In this document: positions 7,739-13,899 of the stretch, one piece after another | Layout: every line of letters begins with the position of its first letter | How positions within the stretch are numbered: the stretch's first letter is position 1 | Assembly (NCBI GenBank): GCA_017469465.1 | Contig: JAFUGH010000002.1 | Location: forward strand, 1-15,166 | From: Clostridia bacterium | Lineage (GTDB): Bacteria; Bacillota; Clostridia; TANB77; UBA1234 | Direction: 5' to 3' | DNA length: 15,166 nt | Program-made: the position numbers and the translations under genes | Notes under the pieces: model-generated | What the model was told of the DNA's origin: nothing | The model's input: only the letters and a program-made list of their open reading frames with translations | Databases searched by the model: none

Positions 7739-8106
7739 TATTTTTTCCCCTTTCCATAGGAGTTAATCATTCTCTTGATTTCTTCAATATCTTTCTTTGA
7801 CAAGTTATTTCTTGTAGTAAATGCAGCGATAAATGCAGGGAGTGAGCCTCCAAAGTTTTCGCCTACAAATTTTTCACTTTGCATTGCGTAAAATTCATCT
7901 TTTGAGATAATGGATGAAACTACTCCCCCATCATTTTTAAAGATTCCTCTTTCACATAGTTTTTTTAATACAGTATAAGTAGTAGATTTTTTCCACTCTA
8001 GCTTTTCTTTACATAGTTCTACTAACTTACCAGAATTTAAAGGCTCATTATTCCATATAATATCTGCAAATTGAGATTCAACAACACCTAATTTTATTTC
8101 TTCCAT
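7738..8106 (-). CDS. BlaI/MecI/CopY-family repressor (paralog 2).
   Basis: MEEIKLGVVESQFADIIWNNEPL...STTYTVLKKLCERG...GENFGGSLPAFIAAFTT matches the family. By eye it is roughly half identical to the product of 4358..4717. The RBS AAAGGAGGAA lies upstream of ATG 8106. Confidence 0.85.
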   Translation of the reverse strand: MEEIKLGVVESQFADIIWNNEPLNSGKLVELCKEKLEWKKSTTYTVLKKLCERGIFKNDGGVVSSIISKDEFYAMQSEKFVGENFGGSLPAFIAAFTTRNNLSKKDIEEIKRMINSYGKGKK

Positions 8107-8120
8107 TATTTTTCCTCCTT

Positions 8121-8176
8121 TGGTCTATTATTAGTCGACTCTATGTATAGTCTATCATGAATAGACCGTTTGTCAA
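8121..8176 (-). promoter_or_regulatory. Promoter and operators of blaI/blaR pair 2.
   Basis: In minus sense: TTGACA (8171..8176), a 16-nt spacer, then TGaTAGACT. The inverted repeat GTCTAT...ATAGAC at 8150..8166 lies in the spacer. A second imperfect site, GGTCTATTATTAGTC, sits at 8122..8136. The GTCTA/TAGAC half-sites match those of pair 1. Confidence 0.45.
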
Positions 8177-8187
8177 GAGGTAATTTA

Positions 8188-8296
8188 TGTTTTTGGGGAC
8201 ACCTTCCAAAAACATCACTTCATTTTTGATGTTTTCGGAAGGTGTCCCCAAATGCACCTCATTTTTGATGCTTTCGGAAGGTGTCCCCAAATGCAT
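8188..8296. repeat. Palindromic intergenic repeat, copy 3, with its right half (loop + arm + tail, 39 nt) tandemly duplicated.
   Basis: The left arm is at 8195..8217 and the right arm at 8227..8249. The 39-nt units at 8218..8256 and 8257..8295 differ at two positions. It lies between the vanS-like stop (8307) and the blaI-2 promoter. Confidence 0.9.
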
Positions 8297-8306
8297 CACC
8301 AAAAAT

Positions 8307-9389
8307 TCATAATTTTATTCTAAATTCGATTTCTTCATTTTCACTTCTCGCTTCAATCATTCCTCCGTGTAACTCAATAATCTCTTTGGTAATTGCAAGA
8401 CCTAGTCCTGCGCCTCCCGTATGAGAGCCTCTTGATTCATCTGCTCTATAAAACTTATCAAATATTCTTTCCAATTTATGTTTTGGAATAGTAATCCCAC
8501 TATTTTTAAATAATATCTCTACCCCATCTTCATGTTCTGTGATATTGATTATTATCGTTGTATTTTCATAACTATAATGAATTGCATTTTTTAATAAATT
8601 TCCAAAGGCTCTAGCAAATTTATCTCCATCAGCAACATATAGCAGGCTATTGGGTTTATTTACTTCTAATGTTAATCCTCGTTCTTCAAGCATAGGATAA
8701 AATTCTTCTATTAGCTGATCAAATAATATGGATAAATCGATATTCGTTTTATGAATAGGCATATCCTTCAAACTGTATCTCGTAATTTCAAAAAATTGAT
8801 TCGTTAAATCTTCCACTCTTAAGGATTTATCAAGTGCTATTTTGGTGTACTTCTTTCGTAGTTCTCCGCTGATATCCTCTTCTTCATTCATCAAAGATAA
8901 ATATCCAATTACTGAAGTAAGAGGTGTTTTCAAATCGTGAGCCATATACATGATTAAATCATTTTTCTTTGTTTCAGCATCTTTGGCTTTATTTTTATTT
9001 GTGGTATATTCGTATTTGATTTTATTAAGTTTATCCGAAAACATCCATAAAGAACTTGGTAATTCGATATTCGATACATTCTCATCAAAAACTGTATCCA
9101 GTGACTGATACATCTTTTTTAATTCATTTACTTTTGTAGAAATAAAACGATATATCATAATACCATAAATAATCGCTAAACATATCAGCAAAAAAGTATT
9201 TTTGTGGTAGGCAACCCATACATAAAATTCTGGGAATTTATCAGAAGTAATGTTAGCAATGAAATCGTTCAATATCCCATCAATAAAAACAACTTTCACA
9301 ATAATTGCTAAAACGTATGTAATAATAAACTTTAGCATTAGTATTCCGAATATTCTAAATTTTTCAACCAACCATTTTCTATTTTTCAA
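8307..9389 (-). CDS. vanS: VanS-like sensor histidine kinase.
   Basis: There are two N-terminal TM segments. The H-box MAHDLKTPLTSVIGYLSLMNEEE and FFEITRY closely resemble VanS. The N box is LLKNAIHYS and the G box GGAGLGLAITKEIIELHGG. It overlaps the upstream regulator gene by 11 nt. Confidence 0.85.
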   Translation of the reverse strand: MKNRKWLVEKFRIFGILMLKFIITYVLAIIVKVVFIDGILNDFIANITSDKFPEFYVWVAYHKNTFLLICLAIIYGIMIYRFISTKVNELKKMYQSLDTVFDENVSNIELPSSLWMFSDKLNKIKYEYTTNKNKAKDAETKKNDLIMYMAHDLKTPLTSVIGYLSLMNEEEDISGELRKKYTKIALDKSLRVEDLTNQFFEITRYSLKDMPIHKTNIDLSILFDQLIEEFYPMLEERGLTLEVNKPNSLLYVADGDKFARAFGNLLKNAIHYSYENTTIIINITEHEDGVEILFKNSGITIPKHKLERIFDKFYRADESRGSHTGGAGLGLAITKEIIELHGGMIEARSENEEIEFRIKL

Positions 9390-10063
9390 TTTTATACCCT
9401 ACTCCCCAAACAGTTTTTATATATTTTGGTTTCTTGCTGTTATCGTTTAATTTTTCTCTAATTCTCCTAATATGCACCATCACTGTATTATTGTTCTCTA
9501 AATATTTTTCTTTCCATACTTTTTCAAATAGTTCTTCCGAACTTACAACATTCCCCTTCTTTTGTGCTAAATATAGTAGTACATCAAACTCAATGGGAGT
9601 AAGCTCTATTACTTTATCATATAATTTGCAAATATGTTTTTCTGGACTTATTTCTAAGCCATCTATCTCAATGACATTTTCTTCTTCTCTGTCATTATAT
9701 TTGGTATATCTCCTATAAGCCGATTTCACTCTAGCAACTAGTTCCAATGGATTAAAAGGTTTGGTCATATAATCATCTGCCCCGAATGGCTAGCCCTTGT
9801 ATCATATCTTTATCCTCTATTTTAGCAGTCAGCATGATAATAGGAAAATGCAAATCCTTTTCTCTAATATACTTACAGATTTCAAACCCATCCACATCTT
9901 TTATCATAACATCTAATATTGCAAAGTCTAATTTTTGTGTATCAATACAATTCATTGCCTCTTTGGAATTGTAAAATTTAAAGACATTGTAATTCTCGTT
10001 TTTCATGTATAATTCAACTAAATCCGCTATTTCTTTTTCATCATCTAATACTAATATATTCAT
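9379..10063 (-). CDS. vanR: VanR-like OmpR-family response regulator, interrupted by a +1 frameshift at in-frame CGG 9782..9784.
   Basis: The receiver domain MNILVLDDEKEIADLVELYMKNENYNVFKFYNSKEAMNCID...PIIMLTAK...IQGLAI runs into CGG GGC AGA TGA. Skipping the C at 9784 gives G-ADDYMTKPFNPLELVARVKSAYRRY and a complete winged-helix domain. This restores the universal GxxxGADDYxxKPF motif. The length of 685 nt is 3n+1. Confidence 0.85.
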
Positions 10064-10130
10064 TGTTCTCCCCTTTTTTAGTTGTATTCTACCATAAACT
10101 TTTTGCTGTTTCCACTCTCACAAAGAAATG

Positions 10131-10170
10131 TAAGAAAAAGTTAAGAATTCGTTAATGAATCCTTAAAACA
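10131..10170. promoter_or_regulatory. Four TAAGAA-like direct repeats with 11-bp phasing in the divergent vanR-like / C39-peptidase intergenic region.
   Basis: TAAGAA is at 10131, TAAGAA at 10142, TAATGAA at 10153 and TAAAAC at 10164. On the plus strand TATACT (-10) is at 10189..10194 with no good -35. The last repeat occupies the -35 position, as at activator-dependent OmpR-family promoters. Confidence 0.4.
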
Positions 10171-10215
10171 CTTTGTTACATACATCATTATACTTTCTAT
10201 TATAGGAGGAGTATT

Positions 10216-11022
10216 ATGAACCGAGTGAATCAGAAAAAACGTAGAAGAAAAATCAATATCAGGAGATTACTATTTGTCATCATTATTTTCCTATTTGCAA
10301 TCCAATGCTTGAAAAAGTTTCTCAAGATACAGCAAAATAAAAGGTTGCCATCATTTCAACAAATAACAGAAAATTATGTTTTACCAATCTTTCAAAAAAG
10401 TAGTGGTGAATATGAAATTATCAAACAAGATACCAATGATAACTATGATGGAATTGGACAAGAAAAAGTGTCTCATCAAGATGGGTATTTTACTACCTTT
10501 ACCACTGCTCAGCCAAACCAAAAAACTTATATTGAATACAAACAAAATGGAGATGCTTCTTGGAGTCAAAAGGAATATTGGGGAGATACTATGGAAAATA
10601 GCGGATGTGGTATTGCTGCCCTTTCCATCATACTCAGTGGTTATGGGAAAACTGATACTCCAGAAGATTTAAGAAATAAGTATTATCCTGTCTTAAATTA
10701 TGAAACACTAACAACAGAATTATGGGATTCATTCGGCATCAAAGCATCTGGATTTTTCTATGACCAAGAACATTTATCAGAGGATTATATGAAACGTCAT
10801 TTATTAAAAGACAAACCTATTTTTATTTGTGTATGGACAAAACCAAAGGCCAACCGCTGGACAACCAGTTCTCACTACATGGTCTTGCTAGCATCAGACG
10901 GACAGGATATGGTATATGTTTCTAATCCAAACGGTGGAGAAAATGACAGCAAAAGTTCTGGGTGGTACAAGTTTGATGAAGTGGTTCCATATATCGCTAA
11001 AATACTTTTTATTGATAGTTAA
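10216..11022 (+). CDS. Membrane-anchored or secreted C39-like (papain-fold, YvpB-like) cysteine peptidase.
   Basis: AGGAGG precedes the ATG. A basic N-terminus and a TM anchor are present (KKRRRKINIRRLLFVIIIFLFAI). NSGCGIAALSIILSGYG supplies the catalytic Cys context and SSHYMVLLASDGQDMVYVSNPNG the His. It is the only convincing plus-strand gene. Confidence 0.7.
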   Translation: MNRVNQKKRRRKINIRRLLFVIIIFLFAIQCLKKFLKIQQNKRLPSFQQITENYVLPIFQKSSGEYEIIKQDTNDNYDGIGQEKVSHQDGYFTTFTTAQPNQKTYIEYKQNGDASWSQKEYWGDTMENSGCGIAALSIILSGYGKTDTPEDLRNKYYPVLNYETLTTELWDSFGIKASGFFYDQEHLSEDYMKRHLLKDKPIFICVWTKPKANRWTTSSHYMVLLASDGQDMVYVSNPNGGENDSKSSGWYKFDEVVPYIAKILFIDS

Positions 11023-11024
11023 GT

Positions 11025-11070
11025 AAAATAAGAGCAGGCGATAAGTTAATGATTGCCCGCTCTTATTTTT
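11025..11070. terminator. Bidirectional rho-independent terminator between convergent genes.
   Basis: The stem pairs ATAAGAGCAGGC (11028..11039) with GCCCGCTCTTAT (11055..11066), with one A-C (plus) / G-U (minus) position. TTTTT follows on the plus strand, and AAAA on the left gives a U-run for the minus strand. Confidence 0.65.
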
Positions 11071-11126
11071 AGTTATCTTTGAATTAATTTCTGACATGAT
11101 AGCTATTGCCCACATAAATTGTAATT

Positions 11127-11636
11127 TTAATGTTTCTTTCTTGTTAAACCAATTCCTATCATTGAGCCTATAAAAACTATTGGGGCTATTCTTACAAAAA
11201 TCCATACAAATGAATGAATACCAACCCCTAATATTGCTAATTCTGGATCGTTGTAATCCCATTCCATATAGGTATTTCCTAATGTTGCTATAACAATAAA
11301 AATTGCTACCAAAATTACACACATCGATATAAGTATCCAATGTAAAAACTTTCTTCCTCTTTCTTTTCTTTGTGCTAATTGTAGATTAATTATTTCGAGT
11401 TTTTCGGCAATTTCTTTTAAACTATCTGTCTTTTCTTCAGGAATATTTTCCCCAAGAAGTGTATTTACAGGTGTGTCCAAAGCATCAGACAATGCAACTA
11501 ACAATTCAGAATCTGGTACAGATAAACCCTGTTCCCATTTTGATATTGTTTGTCTAACAACATTTAATTTAATTGCTAATTCCTCTTGTGAAAGTCCTTT
11601 TGATTTTCTAATTGATTTAATATTATCTTTTAGCAT
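11127..11636 (-). CDS. XRE-family HTH regulator with a C-terminal transmembrane domain.
   Basis: The HTH_3 domain reads IRKSKGLSQEELAIKLNVVRQTISKWEQGLSVPD. A charged linker follows (LQLAQRKERGRK). Two hydrophobic helices are present (FLHWILISMCVILVAIFIVIATL and GIHSFVWIFVRIAPIVFIGSMIGIGL). The RBS is GGGAGG. Confidence 0.8.
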   Translation of the reverse strand: MLKDNIKSIRKSKGLSQEELAIKLNVVRQTISKWEQGLSVPDSELLVALSDALDTPVNTLLGENIPEEKTDSLKEIAEKLEIINLQLAQRKERGRKFLHWILISMCVILVAIFIVIATLGNTYMEWDYNDPELAILGVGIHSFVWIFVRIAPIVFIGSMIGIGLTRKKH

Positions 11637-11758
11637 ACTATATGCCTCCCTTCTTTAAAAAGGAATATATGCTAAATCTTTCGTTGCTACAAGCAATGCA
11701 AATTAACATTCGTTAAAAAAGCTCCATAGCAACGATAACTAACTATTTGTCTCGATAA

Positions 11759-12424
11759 TTATAATAATGATAATCCCAAACTAAGCATGATTATATACAT
11801 GATAGTTTTTGGCATCATTAGCATTCCTAATTTGGGATTATTCTTTCCAAATAAAGCAACCGGCATATAAAATATACAACTTAATAAAATACATATTGCT
11901 GTTGTCATTCCATAAGTTCCACCTAACATCATGAATAATACCACTTCAGTTAAGCCAGTTATAGCAAAAACTCCATTTCTATAGAATGACATTTTTTTGT
12001 TTCCGCCTGTAAACCAATTATTTTGTGGTAACAAACATAGTATAATTCTAATGCACGATGTAAGCCATATCAGTATTGGAATGATATTTGAAATTTTGCC
12101 ACTATATTGTATTGCCCAAATATAAAATAAAATGATATAAAATATTGTCATAGTAATTGATGTAACAATTAACCCAAAATTCATCCACCATTTTACTTTT
12201 TCGGTTTCCCCTTTTATATTTTTGACAACTCTTGGAACTAAATGAAACGCATCTCCAAAACCAAGAACGAAAGCCATGATACCATACAAAAGAAATAGTT
12301 CATTATGGCCATTATTTAAAAATATGATTCCAACTATTAAATCAAATATTAAATAAGCAATACTAAATACTGATTCTCCAATTCTCATTCCCATTTTTTC
12401 TTTCCCCATGTTAACAACTCCCAT
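11759..12424 (-). CDS. Polytopic membrane protein of unknown function (about 7 TM helices).
   Basis: It is a long ORF with uniformly hydrophobic helices, and I recognise no family motif. The start is uncertain: ATG 12424, or ATG 12409 preceded by GGGAG. Confidence 0.55.
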   Translation of the reverse strand: MGVVNMGKEKMGMRIGESVFSIAYLIFDLIVGIIFLNNGHNELFLLYGIMAFVLGFGDAFHLVPRVVKNIKGETEKVKWWMNFGLIVTSITMTIFYIILFYIWAIQYSGKISNIIPILIWLTSCIRIILCLLPQNNWFTGGNKKMSFYRNGVFAITGLTEVVLFMMLGGTYGMTTAICILLSCIFYMPVALFGKNNPKLGMLMMPKTIMYIIMLSLGLSLL

Positions 12425-12517
12425 TTGAGCATATAATAAAAATTACTTTGTATCTTTGTCTAACTTATACGCAATATCAAAATAGTGCGAACATCACGAT
12501 ATCTGTAATTTACTATT

Positions 12518-13063
12518 CTAATTTGTTACGAATGACTGTCCCATTTCGGTCACTTCAATGTTGTACACATATATAGCTGGAGTAACTTTATCAAATACAT
12601 TGTCAGTACCAACAATACCTGTTACTTCAACCCATACCCCCTCTTCAGGATATTCACCTGCATATCTTATATCAAGTCCTGCAAGCCCATCACTGCCACA
12701 ACAACCTGGGGTATTTCTTACAACAGCATAACATATATCTCCGTTATTATCCTTATATGTATAAACCCAGCCTTGCATTTTGATTGATTTGCCTATATAA
12801 TCATTAATGTTTAAAAATACATCATTGGTTGATTGTATAAAATACTTTTCTTTTATTTCAATCATATTTTTTTCATCTATTGCTGCAAAAGCCTGTAAGG
12901 TTTTTCTAATCTTACCATCACCACTCTCATTCGGAGCAGAAACAGAAAATAAGGTTACGTGATTCATATTGGAATTTTCCGTTTTGTGATTTATTACAAT
13001 TCCTCCAACAATAATAGCTAATACAATAATGGAGCATACAACAAACATTCCTTTTTTATTCAT
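12518..13063 (-). CDS. Membrane-anchored DUF1980/TIGR03943-like protein with a CC motif, last gene of the metal ABC operon.
   Basis: It has an N-terminal TM anchor. The C-terminal pattern YIGKSIKMQGWVY...VVRNTPGCCGSDGLAGLDI...GVWVEVTGIV resembles the GFV...CCAADA...WV.V.G pattern of DUF1980. Its RBS AGGAGG overlaps the permease stop. Confidence 0.5.
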   Translation of the reverse strand: MNKKGMFVVCSIIVLAIIVGGIVINHKTENSNMNHVTLFSVSAPNESGDGKIRKTLQAFAAIDEKNMIEIKEKYFIQSTNDVFLNINDYIGKSIKMQGWVYTYKDNNGDICYAVVRNTPGCCGSDGLAGLDIRYAGEYPEEGVWVEVTGIVGTDNVFDKVTPAIYVYNIEVTEMGQSFVTN

Positions 13064-13076
13064 AATGATTAGCCTC

Positions 13077-13899
13077 CTAAGTGTTTTTTATTTTATCAAT
13101 TAACGAAAACAAAATAAATGCAATCAAATTTACAATAACTATCATTGCACCTGTACTAATGTCATACACATAAGACATATATATTCCGAAGCCAAAAAGT
13201 AACAAGACTAATGATTGCAGATGAAATAACTACTTTTTTGTATGACTTAAAAATTCTCATAGAAGTAAGTGCCGGAAAAATGATAATACTACTGATTAGC
13301 ATAACTCCCATCATTCTCATTCCTATCACAATAATTAAGCTGGTTAGAACTGCAATAATATTTGTATATCTATTGGCTTTTAGTCCACTCGCTCTTGCAA
13401 AATTTTCATCAAAAGTTACAATAAATAATTTACGATAATAAATGACAAATAACACTGCAACAATAATACTCACAATTACACTTAAATATACATCTGCAAT
13501 ACTCATTGCCAAAATACTTCCAAACATAAAATTACATACATCTGTATTCATGCCAGTAGTAGCTGAAGTTACTGCAACACCTATTGCTAACGCCGAACTT
13601 GAAATTAAAGCAATAGCACTATCACTTTTTATCTTACTATTATTTCCTATCTTTAGAAGAATAATTGAAAAAAGAGCAACTCCAGGTATTGCTATATATA
13701 ACGGAGAAGATATTTCAAGTGCGGTTGATACAGTAAGTATTCCAAAACCAACATGTGATAATCCATCCCCTATCATGCTATACCTCTTTAGAACTAAACT
13801 AACCCCTAAAAGTGCTGCACAAAGGCTTACTAAACTTCCTACCAATATTGCCCTTACAATGAACGCATGTGACAACATTTCCGATAAAGTTTCTATCAT
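13077..13899 (-). CDS. Metal (Zn/Mn/Fe-type, ABC-3 family) ABC transporter permease, interrupted by a +1 frameshift at in-frame CGG 13186..13188.
   Basis: MIETLSEMLSHAFIVRAILVGSLVSL... is typical of ZnuB/MntB-type permeases. The zero frame reads ...VTFWL CGG AAT ... TGA (stop at 13162). Skipping the C at 13188 gives G-IYMSYVYDISTGAMIVIVNLIAFILFSLIDKIKNT, the conserved family C-terminus, with its stop at 13077..13079. The length of 823 nt is 3n+1. The start overlaps the ATPase stop (TAATG). Confidence 0.85.

Noticed and set aside
1464-8106. A beta-lactamase / mecA-type resistance locus, given the two blaI-blaR1 pairs.
   Set aside because: No blaZ or PBP2a gene is present, and neither BlaR-like protein has the C-terminal penicillin-binding motifs (SxxK etc.).
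4831-8296. The repeated palindromes as a CRISPR array or as integron attC sites.
   Set aside because: The copies are 1-2.3 kb apart and separated by complete genes, not by 25-40 nt spacers, and no cas genes are present. They lack the RYYYAAC / GTTRRRY core sites of attC, and no intI integrase is in the window. Only the cassette-like placement is retained as an observation.
4831-8296. The palindromes as classical intrinsic terminators.
   Set aside because: The stem is strong, but in neither orientation is it followed by a U-tract. Minus sense continues with CCCCAAAAACAT or TAAAAATATT. Other terminators in the window (492..535, 11025..11070) do have U-tracts.
551-10063. A vancomycin-resistance (van) gene cluster, given the VanR-, VanS- and VanX-like genes.
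   Set aside because: There is no D-Ala-D-Lac/D-Ser ligase, VanH dehydrogenase, VanT racemase or VanY gene. The VanX-like gene is 7 kb from vanRS, separated by other operons, and encodes an exported lipoprotein.
11637-11758. The inverted repeat TCGTTGCTA ... TAGCAACGA upstream of the XRE gene as a terminator or operator.
   Set aside because: It has only a 9-bp stem with a loop of about 35 nt, and no convincing U-tract or promoter spacing. The support is too weak to annotate.
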